A DNA stretch of 64,000 nt, taken from assembly GCA_951406725.2 (NCBI GenBank), contig OX597819.1, forward strand, positions 29,450,001 through 29,514,000, written 5' to 3'. Source of the DNA: Octopus vulgaris. Lineage: Eukaryota. How positions within the stretch are numbered: the first letter of the stretch is position 1; every line of letters starts with the position of its first letter. Below are positions 24,217 to 37,716 of the stretch, piece by piece. The notes below the pieces were generated by a model. It worked only from the letters and a program-made list of their open reading frames with translations, was not told the DNA's origin and did no database searches. The position numbers were made by a program, and so were the translations under genes.

Positions 24217-24640
24217 AAACCAGGATTGCAATAGTTTAAGGATTAACATTTATATTATCAAACATCTTTGAAGAAGTATATATTTCTTGAAAAATTTCTG
24301 ATTATTTCAAAAAGTTTTGCAGATATTTAAAATGCTAGGAATGTTTTCCACTGCAAGTGATGATTTGACATAGATTTCACTTTATCATGTTATAACTAGT
24401 CATGGAAGTATTCTCCAATGAAACCAAATATTTTTATACACTTAACACTTTACTAATGGAATTCTTTCTTGGTGATTTGAGGCTTGGGACAGTGGTGAGA
24501 AATGTTCTACAGATGTTGGGACTCACAAAAGGGATGACAGGGAACAAGATCCCTGGCAGTTCATTGTGCTTGAGAAAACACCTCAAACTAAATAAACGTG
24601 TACTTGTCCTTGCATACAGGCATGTCACCTGCATTTCTTT
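24217..24640. repeat. Inverted copy of 19961-20384
   Basis: Direct reverse-complement comparison. Confidence 0.95.
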
Positions 24641-24684
24641 GTAATAATGACTGCCTTTTCAATCTGTTAATACAAGTCAAAAAA

Positions 24685-25020
24685 GGTAAAGACCCGCCTT
24701 TGGTCATGAATGACCATGGGAATGCACCTAGAAAGTTCCCCTCTGAGCAAGGTTGGGCAAGGTTTTTTATAGAAGACTAGCAGTTGCTCATGCATACCAG
24801 CCACCCCTCTCTACGACACCAATATTATCCAAGGAAAGACCAAGGCTGATACAGCTTTGCACCAGTGACATCACAACTCATTTCTACAGCTGAGTGAACT
24901 GGAGTGATATGAAATAAAGTGTCTTGCCCAAAAACACAACACACAGCCCAGTCCAGGAATTGAACACACTACCTCATGATTGTAAGCCCAACGCTTTAAC
25001 CACTGAGTCATGCTCCTTCT
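24685..25020 (-). mobile_element. SINE family C
   Basis: Homologous to 11752-12086. Confidence 0.8.
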
Positions 25021-25364
25021 TATACAAGTACTGTTAGTAAAAGTACTGATCATTATCAAGATATGTATGTGTCGATGGAGTTATTCTTGGAAGCAGAATG
25101 GACATCTAGCAAGGAAAGCTTAGTTGTAATTATTTCTGCTTTGGTTTGCACATTGCACAAAATCAGTTTTTAGTTTCTAACAGTAATAACTGAGATTTAT
25201 GTAAAACAGCAATTTTGTGGAGAAGATATAAAAAATAAAATCTTGATGAATTGGATTATCGTAGTTGTAGTAATCATGACAAAATTTTATAGTGATTCAG
25301 CTAATTAAAAATCAGTGTAATAACTAATCATTAAAGCAATATACAAAGCTCATAATGATTATTA

Positions 25365-25442
25365 AATTAAACCAAATTTAATGTTGGCTAAGATAAGATT
25401 TTATATTGAATACATATTTACAATCTAAACAAAGCTATATAC

Positions 25443-25475
<33 letters not shown>

Positions 25476-26117
25476 TATATAAAAGAACATGGGCATTGAC
25501 TTGATACTGTTTTATTTCATGTTACATATGTTTCAGTAGTTAGCAACACATGAAATCACACTGTAGATGTCATGTATTGGATCAGTGTTAAAGAGGAAAT
25601 ACAGGTATGAGACCAACAACAATCAAATTAAAACACCTGGGAAACAAAGGCCTAAGTGCATGGGCAGGGGGTTAGATAGGTTGAAAAACTGATCGACAGG
25701 CGTTTTTAAGGGTGGGGGTTAGTCATGGGAACAGAATGAGTGTTGAAACCTGAATGGACTAATTGTTGCACATCATGGGCATCTAACCATACATATGTAT
25801 GTATATATTTACGTACATACAAACATACGTAAGTACATATGTTCGTACATACATACATACATATGTATGATTAAATGCCATTGATGTGCAACAATTAAGC
25901 CATTCTGTTCCCAGTGAACAACCCCCACCCTTAAAAACACCAGTCAATCAGTTTCCCAACCTATCGCCCCTGTCCCCACCACTCTGGCCTTTGCTTCTCA
26001 GGTGTTTAAATTTGGTTGCTCTTTAACTGTTTGACAATGAGTTGGTTTACTATGCTGATCCAATAGGAGGCATCTACTGGCTGCATCTGTAGTGTGATGT
26101 TATGTATGTGTGTATGA

Positions 26118-26211
<94 letters not shown>

Positions 26212-26280
26212 CTGTTTAAATTGTAAATTCATATTCAATATAAAATCTTATATTAATCAACATTAAATTTGGTTTAACTA
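25365..26280. repeat. Nested degenerate inverted repeats
   Basis: Outer arms 25365-25436 / 26209-26280; inner arms ~25550-25805 / ~25855-26105; separated by microsatellites. Confidence 0.75.
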
Positions 26281-26554
26281 AATTATCTTTATGTATGTAT
26301 GTATGTATGTATGTATCATTGTGTGTATGTTTGTAATCATGCATGTGTATCTATCCACTCAAAAAATTATATCCTAAAGAAAACTTAAGGCCAGATTCAG
26401 ACCCTAACTGGAAAAGAAAAAAAAAAAAATCAAACACCCTTTCCATCCATTGGGGCCCAGAAAATTGTCCACCGTCCCTTGTTTGATATGCTACTTAATA
26501 TTTTTCTGATACTTCAATACTTTATTTTCACTGTGTAAATGTCCTATTTTACAA

Positions 26555-26790
26555 AGGACACAGAATTTTTAGGGGGGACAGAATAGATTTAAGGGAACAT
26601 AGAATTTTTAGGAGAGGCATAGATTTTTTAGTAGAAAGAGATTTTCTTCTTTTTGCGGGGCTCAAAAAAGAATTAATAGAAGACAGACTTTTTAAGGGGT
26701 TCAAAAAATTTTTTGGATGAAGACAAATTCCTATGAGAAGCAGGAATTTTGCAAGAAGACAAACATTATTATGAAGGTTAGTATATTTTT
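26555..26790. repeat. Degenerate ~20-bp tandem repeat
   Basis: Recurrent gg(a)cacagaatttttag-like units. Confidence 0.5.
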
Positions 26791-27249
26791 AAGGATTCAT
26801 CTATCTACAAACACAACCACTAAATATTTATGACATTAATATGTATGTGTATTTAAATATATATGTATGTATATATTCATGTAATGATATACAACAGACA
26901 TATGGCTATGTAATATATTTATCTGTATGTTTTTATGTTGATACACATAAACATATAAACACTATATATATACACATACATACTGCATACAACACAGACA
27001 AATATAAATATATATAAATGTATACATATATGTAGCCTCAGGTATTATAAACATAAATGAACCCAGATGTGAATCTGAGCTGCTTATAAAAATGGTCAAA
27101 GCCTGCTATGTATATGAAACTGTGCATGCATATATATATATACATACATATGTATTCAATTTAATTCAGTCCATAAATCATTCAGATGTATTCCAATGAT
27201 GGTTATACACATAAATATACATAGCCCAATTAATTAGGAACAGAATCAG

Positions 27250-27535
27250 ATTAGCTGAAATGCAGTTCGGTTTTGTACTGGGGAGAAGCACTACTGAAGT
27301 TATCTTTGTAGTCAGACAACTGCAGAAGTATTTGGCTAAGAATAAACCACTGACTTGACGTCTGTTGACTTGGAGAAAGCCACTGTGTGATATGGTGGGC
27401 TCTGAGGAAGCTAGGGGTACATGAGTGGCTTGTGAAAGATGTGCAAGCCATTCACAGAGGTTCTATCACTAAGGTGAGAGTTAACCTTGAGAATAATGAT
27501 GAATTTAGTGTACAGATAGGTGTTCATCAGGGTTT
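27250..27535 (+). mobile_element. RTE-clade reverse transcriptase internal fragment (decayed)
   Basis: QFGFVLGRSTTEVIFVVRQLQ...VDLEKA...IWWALRKLGVHEWLV...FSVQIGVHQG. Confidence 0.85.
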
Positions 27536-27569
27536 GGATTTTCAAGTTATAAATAAAAAAATAAAATGA

Positions 27570-28410
27570 AATGAAAATTTGAAAGAGAATTCACAAGGAA
27601 AAGTTTCATAGTAATAAAATGTACTCAAAGATCAAATGTTCAATGGCTTTTGTAGCAAAATTACATGATGTTCAGTAAATTTCACAGCGATAAGAAATGG
27701 TAAAAGTGCAAATGTTTGACAAATTTCATAGCAACAGTACATGACAGAAATTTGAAAGTTCATTAAGTTTCAAGCAATAAATTATGTTAGCAATTAGACA
27801 TAACGAAGACTTTAAAGCAGAAGAAAAATGTACTTTTACAAGCTCTATCATGTTGTGTATGAGAGAATTGTTCGCTATTTCCTTTATTCATTCGAATGTG
27901 GGACTTGAACTACTTTTCAAGCTGATACTGCCTTATACATGTAGGTTTTAAGACATAGGTTAAAATCTTGATTGGCTATACTCAGAGATATTACTTGTTT
28001 TTGTCCACATGTGGCCCAGTATGCTGCTTACTGGTTGTTGACTGCCTAGGGACGTCATCTGCTTATCTGTTTTGGCTACTTGTTTTCTGACAGTTAGTTA
28101 TCCAGCAATCTGGTTGGTTGATTGTCTCTGAGCGTCATTTGTTTGTCAAATGTCTAGTCATGTTTAATTGCTAATGTAATTTATTGCTATGAAATTAACT
28201 GAACTTTCAAATTTCTATAATGTATTACTGCAATGAAATTTAGCAGACATTTGCGCTTACATCATTTCTTATTGCTATGAAACTTATTGGACACTTGAAT
28301 TTTTCATGAAGTAATTTTGCAATGAAACCTATTGAACATTTGATTCTTGAGCATGTTTTATTGCCAAGAAACTTTTTCTTGTATGTTCTCTTTCCTTTCA
28401 ACTTTCATCT
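27570..28410. repeat. Old foldback with internally repetitive arms (~27570-27812 / ~28150-28410)
   Basis: Arms are built from ~40-bp subunits containing tttcatagcaa / ttgctatgaaa. Confidence 0.7.
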
Positions 28411-28519
28411 TTCTTTTTTTTTTCTTATCATTGAAAGACAATATTGTTGAAATTGTTAGAAAAGAAAAATTCATTAAAATCCAAGTGCATTATTAGCCCC
28501 ACAACAAATTTTCTTCACA

Positions 28520-28820
28520 CATCATCATCATCACCATCATCATTTAGTGTCCGCTTTCTGTGCTAGCATGGGTTGGGCGGTTCAACTGGGGTCTGGGAAG
28601 CCAGAAGGCTGCATCAGGCTCAGTCTGATCTGGCAGTGTTTCTACGGCTGGATGCCCTTCCTAACGCCAACCACTCCGTGAGTGTAGTGGGTGCTTTTTA
28701 CATGCCACCCGCACAGGTGCCAGATGGAGCTGGCAAACGGCCACGGATGGATGGTGCTTTTTACGTGCCACCGGCATGGGGGCCAGGCAAGGCTGGCAAC
28801 GGCCACGAACGGATGGTGCA
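28520..28820 (-). mobile_element. RTE-LINE 3' UTR repeat
   Basis: Highly similar to 31490-31797 and 40148-40745. Confidence 0.8.
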
Positions 28821-29079
28821 TACACACATCTTATACATGAACAGCAATCTCTGTCTGTTTATCTGTCTGTTACCATCTTGCTGCCTTGCTGCCTACACCA
28901 GTGAACCATGTTGACAAAACTTTGCATACACCAGTTTAATTATAGGCAAATTGGATTTCAATAAAAATGTATAATGGACCCCCTAGGTGAGGCTGGGCTA
29001 TTATATGATAAAATGAAAAGAGTGCAAGAATGTTAATGAGAGGGAAATGTGGTGGCATAGTGAGTGCGCATATATATAT

Positions 29080-29504
29080 GCACAGGAGTGGTGTGTGATA
29101 AGTAGTTTGCTTACCAACCACATGGTTCCAGGTTCAGTCCCATTGTGTGGCACCTTGGGCAAGTGTCTTCTATTACAAAGCCTTGTAAGTGGATTCAGTA
29201 GATGGAAACTGAAAGAAGCCCATCATATATATATATATATATATATGTATGTATATATATATATGTATGTGTATGTATATGTTTGTGTGTCTGTGTCTGT
29301 CCCAACCCCCATCCACCCAATATTGCTTGACAACCGATGCTGGTGTGTTTACATCCTCATAACTTAGCAGTTTGGCAAAAGACACCAATAGAATAAGTAC
29401 TAGGCTTACAAAGAATAAGTCCTGGGGTTGATTTGCTCGACTAAAGGTGGTGCTCCAGCATGGCCACAGTCGATTGACTGAAACAAGTAAAAGAATAAAA
29501 GAAA

Positions 29505-29505
<1 letters not shown>
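29080..29505 (+). mobile_element. SINE family B, full length
   Basis: Same modular structure as 21552-21992. Confidence 0.85.
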
Positions 29506-29549
<44 letters not shown>

Positions 29550-29550
<1 letters not shown>

Positions 29551-29981
29551 CCCAATAGCAACATATGGACGCGAGACCTGGACACTAAAGAAAGCTGACC
29601 AGAAGAGAATTAATGCATTCGAGCTTTGGTGTTGGAGAAGACTTTTACGGAATCCATGGACAGCGAGGCTCACCAATGGAGAAGTTCTTAAGCAGATCAG
29701 GCCGAAAATGTCGCTAGAAGCTAGGATCACCAAGCATAGATTGGCATATTTCAGTCATATTATGCGGAGAAAATCCCTGGAGGACATCATGCTCGGAATG
29801 GTCAGTGGCAGGAGAGGAAGAGGCCGACCAAGAACCCGCTGGCTTGACACCATCAAGAGTGATACCAGAATGGACATAGCCAACCTGAAAGAAGCGGCCC
29901 AGGATAGAACTGACTGGAGGGCACTGATCCAACGAGTAACCGAGAGTCGACTTCGACTGAGCGGATAGATAGATAGATAGA
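29550..29981 (+). mobile_element. BovB-like RTE LINE 3' fragment with (GATA)n tail
   Basis: Open frame YGRETWTLKKADQKRINAFELWCWRRLLRNPWTAR...IMLGMVSGRRGRGRPRTRWLD...VTESRLRLSG*, the C-terminal signature of BovB-type RTEs. Confidence 0.9.
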
Positions 29982-31489
29982 TATACACACACATACAAAC
30001 ACAGACATATATCTTTACATGAGTGTGTGTGTATATATATATATATTTATATCTATACAATGTGCTTCCATGCTGATGTCATTGAAGCTATTATTTCCTG
30101 CAGTCTCTACTATGAATTTTACAGGTGCCATCAGACACCAAGCTGCCCTTCAAGTTTAGGTGTCTCCAATTTCCATACTAGTTTTCTAGTGGTAATAAAG
30201 ACACACACACACACACACACACACACAAAGAGCTTCTTTCAGTTTCTGTCTAACCAAATCCACTCACAAAGACTTTGGTCAGCTATATAGTAGAAGACAT
30301 TAGCTCAAGGTACTGTACACTGAGACTGAACCCAGAACTGAGTGGTTGGGAAGGATACTCCTTAACCACACAATCACATCTGCGCATAAATAGATAGGTA
30401 GGTAGGTAGATAGACACAGACAGACACAAAGAGAGAGAGAAAGAGAGAAAGAAGATAAATTAGATTTAAAATATATTTTAGCTTTTGTCATTTCAAAATG
30501 AAAACATAAAAAATTTTTTTTTTATTTTGTCCCTTTCAGATATTTTTCAAGCTTAACTATATGAGGTTATTTAACAACTCCTTCAATAACTATGGGGATA
30601 TATTAGATTCTACATAAGAAATTAGCAAGAGATATTAAATATTTTTACTCACCACATACTCGCAACAATTTCTATTTTTTTATATCTTCAAAATATTTCA
30701 AATATTTTATGGTTAACTCCTCTGTTATCAACTTCCTAATTTCAATTTAACTCTTTTTCAATATTGCTTAATTTTGCAGCAGATCTTATTAGAATTTAGT
30801 ATTCTATAAAAAATGCACAAAAGCACAGTGCAATCACTGAAAATAGAAAAAGTACAGATTCCTATTGATCACATATTAATTTAATACTCTGAGTTTTTAA
30901 TTAAATACTATTAAATGGTATAATGGTCAAAATTAATTTTCTTTGTTTTTTTCAGTATTTTACACATTAAATTTTTAAAATAACTACTTAGTTCCTGTCT
31001 GAAATTATCAATAATGTAGCCACCAATTTGAAACCAGATTTCTTTTTTTTTTCCTTTCAGAAATTGGTAATATAATTTTGTTTCTATTTCATATTCTTTA
31101 ATATTTTTCTTTCAAGTTCATGTTGCACTGAATAACATGAGTGATGTCCAATGTAATTTTAAGGCTGAAGCATTAATGGATTGAGAAAGTCTGCCAGTTG
31201 GATACAACAAACTGCAACAAGAATTTGCTTAAAATGATTAGTAAGCTTCTTGTTTCTTTTATTCATACACTAGTTTCAGTCACTGCGGCCATGTCATTAT
31301 TATAGCGAGTCAAACACCCTAACCATTATGCTATGTCTCTTCCATATACAGGCCTTACATAACTATGTACAAGACATTATGCATTTTACAAGAGACACAA
31401 TACTAACCCTACATAATCACATATAAGACATCATATATGTAACAGAAGATAAAATGTAGACCATATATAATTACATATAGCATCATAAA

Positions 31490-31797
31490 ATCAAAATCAA
31501 AATTGACCAACATCAATGGAAATTGTAGCTGTGATACCAGTGCCAGTGGCACGTAAGAGAACCATCCGAACATGGCCGTTGCCAGCCTCGTCTGGCACCT
31601 GTGCCGGTGGCATGTAAACAGCACCCACTACACTCACAGAGTGGTTGGCATTAGGAAGGGCATCCAGCTGTAGAAACACTGCCAGATCAGACTGGGCCTG
31701 GTGCAGCCTTCTGGCTTCCCAGACCCCAGTTGAACCGTCCAACCCATGCTAGCATGGAGAGCGGACGTTAAACGATGATGATCATCATCATCATCAT
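31490..31797 (+). mobile_element. RTE-LINE 3' UTR repeat
   Basis: Ends ggacgttaaacgatgatgat. Confidence 0.8.
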
Positions 31798-34700
31798 ATG
31801 CAAGACAATATAGACCCAGATAACTATAGAGGATACCTTCAGTACTGGATTAATCATTGAGTAAAATAAGCACATGCACAGGACATCAAGGGAAAGGGGA
31901 CACTACAGAAATGGTAACTGGTTTATGGCACAAAAGAAATCACCTTAAACAAGCGAAAATGATATTTGAAGTGGCTTATATGATTGATAAAATAATTGCT
32001 AAATATTTATGGTTTTCAGTGAGGATCTGATCAAAGACTTTGCAATTAAAAAATGGAGGAAACTTTTCAAATAAAAATTAAGTGGAAATATACAAAAATA
32101 AACATTATTTTCTATCTTACTGTTAGTTTTGTTTCATTTTGAAAAACAAATTTATACTTTGTTTTATTATTGTGTATATTTTGCATTAAATTTTTTGTGG
32201 CACAACAAAATCTTTTGTGCTTTGGACCACTATAGGTCTTAATCCAGCCCTGGATACCCTTACACATTACTTGAGAAGTTGTCACCGAAGAGTGAAAAGC
32301 AAAAATATTAGAGACCACTGAAGAGAGGAAGATTGGAAAATCAATGTTTATGGTGAACAGTTGACAAAATAGTTGGACACCAAACTAAATCCTGAATTTA
32401 AATTTCTCCATAATCAACTTTGCCTTTCATATCCCATAATTATCATAACATTAATTTCAAAAGTTAAAATAAGTTGAGTTTTATTCTGCAGTATTCTATA
32501 TATATATATATATATATATAAATTAGAAATGCATACTCATTCAGTATAGTCTTCTATGTGAAATTCTTTCAATGTCGGCTTTCATACATTGGCAAATGAT
32601 AAAATGACTTAATACAATATTTCTAGATTGATCAAATTGTTCCTGGAAATGTTTATAATTAATTGGGTAGAAGTGAACAGCTGAGCTGACTCCAGTTGAC
32701 AACTGCATTTACTGTTGAGTTGAAACTGAAAGTTATATAAAAGCCTCTCATAAGTCTCTACAATACAAGCTATTGATTAGATAACATTTCAAGTTAATCT
32801 GGAATCCCCAGTAGCCAGAGGTATTTAGTTGAGACATGGAGATTGAGCATTTTGGATGTTACCTTTGCAAATAATAGGATACATGAATGAATGAAAATAT
32901 TTATAGAACACTACAGAGAGGATGGACAGTGATGCTATGAAACAAAATTCAATGCAAAGAAAAGAATGGGAAAAGACGCAATTAAAGTAGAAGACAAAAG
33001 AAGTAGAGTTTAGAGAACAAAAGTTTCTTAATATTTTAATGAATCTGTTAAACCAGACAGTTGCAATTCATTCCAGTATTGTGAAGGATAAGCAGAACAT
33101 TCTATTTCACTTTCAGCAATCTTATAATGTACCATGTAAGAAGAATTTGTAACTCCTTAATATGTGAGAGATTAAAAGTAAGAACCGAAAGTAGTGATAT
33201 AAAGATATGTATCATTAAAAAAAATCTGATTGATATTCACTGATCAATATATCGAGTGCCTGAAGTCTGGTATTGTATACCGAGTGGCTAAAGTCTTTCT
33301 CATAACAGTGCATTTTGAATGCTTGATATGTTTCAGAATTCTGAACACATAATTTATTGAAGTTTGACATTCTAATACTAACAGAATTACACATAGCTAG
33401 TCTGGAAGTAATCAAGGCATGAATAACAAATTCACAATGAAACACAGACACGGATCTACAAATGTTATTTTCTGAGCCAGAGATAGCAACTCCAGCAAAT
33501 CTTATTGATATTATCATTGAAATGCAGTAACAAGTCTAATTGGATACTTAGATATTTTTCAGTATTCTTGATAGCTTTTTCACATGCATAGTGTCATACT
33601 GTGTTAGCAAAGCATTTATCTAAAAGTGGGCACCTACTTGACTTTGAAACTTATGAGCAGTGCTGAACAGCAGTCAGACAAGTGGCAAAGTAAAATATAT
33701 CAAATTATATTTAACCTTGCCACAATTACATTAGGGATAAAACTAAAATTTAGTGAAAGAACAAGTATTGCAACTAAAATAGAGCTGTTGGGGGTATTAA
33801 TGCAATGTGAACAGTTGTGAGTTACTAAAACCAGTTTTGGATGATAACTATTGACTTTTGGTCTGCCAGAACTGATGATAAGGCACAATTGCACCTGAAA
33901 TTCCAATACTTTATTGATTAGATGAGCTAATTCACTAAATCTGGATTAAATACATTTTTCTAATATGTATAATTTATTAATATGGTTAGCATTAGAAATG
34001 AAATCTGTAAAATACATGCTGTTTTATTAAACCATCTTACAGAACTGGATTTTAAAGTGCTAAATAATTAATGTTTTTATAAAGGCATACTTTCTTTACA
34101 TTTGTGTGGTTTGATAAATTACTGTTTCATTCTGGCAGTTGTTAAATATCAAATCAAATTAAAATACAGCATGCAGATAAAGTTAAGAAAATGGAGTGAA
34201 AGGGATGTTACAAAAAAAAAAAAAAATTGTGTTTGAAATTTACAGACTGTTCCATGTTTCAGTGATGTCTGAAGTCGTACTCAATCTATTTTTAAAAATT
34301 AGATTAATGCCTATATAACTTAATACGTTGTATTTTTTTTTTTTTTAAGTTACAGCCAAATGAACTATTAAACAGTGATTATGTAAAATAATTGAAACTG
34401 TTGATTTTTAAAAACAACAATGTGACTTGTCCTTTCTCCTTCACCAGAAATCAAACACAAAAGGAAAAAAAACCCAAAAAAACTAATACTTGCACAGATT
34501 TTTTCCTTTCAGCCATATAATCAATACTGACAGACTCTAATGATTATTATTATTATTATTATCATCATCAAAATTTAGGTAACTTAATTGTACACTTAAC
34601 CACAGGCTTCTACCTCAAATTTTCATTAATGCTCACTAACCATACAAGAGATGGTGGTTTCCCCACTATTTATCTTTTCTGATTTCTTCTCTGTAACTCA

Positions 34701-35919
34701 ATATAAATATCAAAATGTTAAAATAGAACCTCCTTGTTTCTGTTCCTGTATTGCGTTTGAAATTCTGTAAAGCTAAAAACAAGATTCCTATTATTATGTA
34801 TGTCAATTATCACTGTCTTTATTCTCATCATTTCATTATCATTTAAATATTGTCTAAATTTTCCAAATGTGTACATTCTTCTCCTAAACATGAAATCATC
34901 ATTTTTTTTTCTCTCTTTTATTTACATTTCATTCTTCCAGTGAATGCGGTAAATCCTTTTATAACCAAAAAAGATTTAATGATAAATTTTAGCTATAAAT
35001 AGCAACTCTACAGTAACTGGAAATCTAAGAAGCTAGTGATTTACTGTTCAGCAATTCTCTTGAAAATGGTTAAAAGATTACAATCAAAGAGGAGCAAAAA
35101 AGCTTCCCCCACCCTAACCTAATTAAGTGTTTTCTTTAAAGAATGAACATATTCGTCACCAACAAAGCAGAAAATCATATTAAGCATTACTTGCATTACA
35201 TATTACTCATCAACTCATGATATATCTCAAAATAGTTGCTATATTACTTTTCTTTTTTTATTCATAATGTTTACAGCTTGACACTGAAATAGCTAAAAGT
35301 AGAGCTTTTTCAGTAAAGGACCAAATACTTCGATATTTACATGCAATAAATATAAAAACATGTTCAATAGCTTTGGAATCCAACAGTAATATTAAATCAA
35401 TAAAGTGTGGTGTAAGTGTGCATAGATCTATCATAGTCACTGTGAATAACTTCTTTCAATAGGGTACTACTCATTCAAGTTAAACAGCTGGCAACAAATA
35501 TTTAAGAAAATAAAACGTTTTAAAAGAAAATGTAACTACTGCCAAAATTCTTAAAATATTTTTCTTCGTTTTCTTTTCAATGGTTATTACTTATGAATTA
35601 ACTCCAAGGAGTAGTGTATAAAATAGTAGATACATGTCTAATAAAAGACTGAGGGACAATTGTCTTTTCACTAGACAGCCGAATACAACTTAAACATTTC
35701 TTACGATATAAAGCAATATCTAAAAATTTGAAAAGTACAGAACTTTTCAAAGTTTCTTAAACAAGTGAGAGGTCAAATAATGTCGATGGTAAAGCATGTG
35801 TATGCATGTGTGTGTGTGTGCATGACCACCATGTAGTGTCAGGTTGTTACATTGTGTGGCTCTTCGGTAATTGTCTTCAACAACTTAGGGTTGACCAATA
35901 CCAAGTGTGGGAATTTGGT

Positions 35920-36066
35920 ATGAGTGTATCTAATTGTGTGTGTGCATGCATGTGAGTGAGTGTGAGTGTGTATATGACTGTGTGTGTGCATGTGAGTGTG
36001 TGTGAGTGCATGTAAGTGTATTTGCATGTGTGTACATGTGAGTGTTTGTGTGTTTGTATGTTTGCA

Positions 36067-36104
<38 letters not shown>

Positions 36105-36115
36105 TGCACGCACAT
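35920..36115. repeat. (TG)n-rich compound microsatellite
   Basis: Direct reading. Confidence 0.9.
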
Positions 36116-36874
36116 AAACATTTATATTCATGCTTGTCAGCACCTGAGTGAGGTGGTGCCGATACTGGCATTCCTTGTTGGTGATGTGCTTGGTCACTCA
36201 GTGCTTTCAAAGACATGTAGAATAAAGAAATCCCTTACTTGAAAAACAGATGAGACTTAGTGACAAAAAAGGCATTAGGCAGTAAAATCTTATCTCAAAT
36301 AATCTCTGTCCAAACCCAGAATACCAATACAAGGTCCAGTCATTATTGTGGCTAGTATGCTTTAATGACCATGAGAGCTATGCCAGTTCTAGGTAAGGCC
36401 TTCCATGCTGGACAAGTCAAAGGCTAGAACCCAGACTAATATGTACCAGACTAATATGGCTTGCATAGAGCCAAGGCCTAGATTTTCAGAAAAAGCAAAG
36501 TTACAGAAGCATCAATAATAACAACAACAACAACAACATTTATTATTATTATTATTATTATTATTGTTATTATTAAGGCGGTGAGTTGGTAGAATCATTA
36601 GTATGCTGGATGAAATGTTTAGCAGTATTTTGCCCTTCACTATGTTCTGAGTTAAAATTTCCCCATGGTCAACTTTGTCTCTCGTCCTTTCAGGGTTGAT
36701 GAAATAAGTCTCAGTTACACACTGGGGTCGATGTAATCGACTTATCCCCTCCCCCAAAATTTCAAGCCTTATGCTTATAGTAGAAAGGATCATGATATCA
36801 TGGGTTCAATTCTTGACTCAGGCAGCATGATGTGTTCTTGAGCAAAGCATTTCATTTCACATTGCTTCATCTAT

Positions 36875-37190
36875 TTTTTTTTTATGCGCCCTTTTCAAGC
36901 CTAGCCAGGCTCATGGGCCTGGTTTCTGTGGCATACGTGTCCACCTCCCCTCCAGCTGGACAGGATGCCAGTCCATCGCAGCGTTACTCAAGAAACAGGA
37001 AGAAAGAGTGAGAGAAAGTTGGAGCGAAAGAGTACAACAAGGATCGCCACCCCCACCCCTGCCAGATCCTCGTGGAGCTTTTAGGTGTTTTCGCTCAATA
37101 AACACACACAACACCTGGTCTGGGAATCGAAACCGCGATCCTCCGACCGCGAGTCCACTGCCCTAACCACTGGGCCATTGTGCCTCCACA
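36875..37190 (-). mobile_element. SINE family D-related copy with TSD
   Basis: tRNA-like head on the minus strand; direct repeat attgcttcatcta on both sides. Confidence 0.75.
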
Positions 37191-37262
37191 TTGCTTCATC
37201 TACTCAGTTGAAAATGAATACAGCCATGTGCTAGCGCAGCTACTAAAAGCCAAGCTAAGGTT

Positions 37263-37297
<35 letters not shown>

Positions 37298-37368
37298 TGC
37301 ATGCATACTTACAAGATGCACAGACCAAGTGTTAGTTTCAAGAAAGGTATTTACTTCACTATGGTACG

Positions 37369-37598
37369 TATAACCCTTTAGCATTCAAACCAGCTATATC
37401 TGACCAAAATATTCAACATGCTTTATATTGAAACCAGTCAGATATAGCCTCTCACACTTACCTTACAATATCCTTCTAAAAATAAGCAACCACATCATGA
37501 AAATCTCTAAGCTACAAGATAATCCATGATTAATTCAAATCAGTATGAATAAATAAGCATTACTTTTGACAGAGTAATTTAAATGCTAAAGGGATAAA
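37369..37598 (-). mobile_element. piggyBac-type MITE
   Basis: taaccctttagcattc...aatgctaaagggataa. Confidence 0.65.
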
Positions 37599-37716
37599 TA
37601 TTAGCACCACCTCAGTTGTGTCATTTCACACTTTAAAAAAGCTCATAAATGTCAAGACAGATGGGATGAGAGAAAGACACATGTACATGTATACACACAC
37701 ATAAATGGCCTCCACA

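Noticed and set aside
33215-33517. 100-aa ORF and other short ORFs in unique DNA
   Set aside because: No recognisable domain or splice context; within chance expectation.
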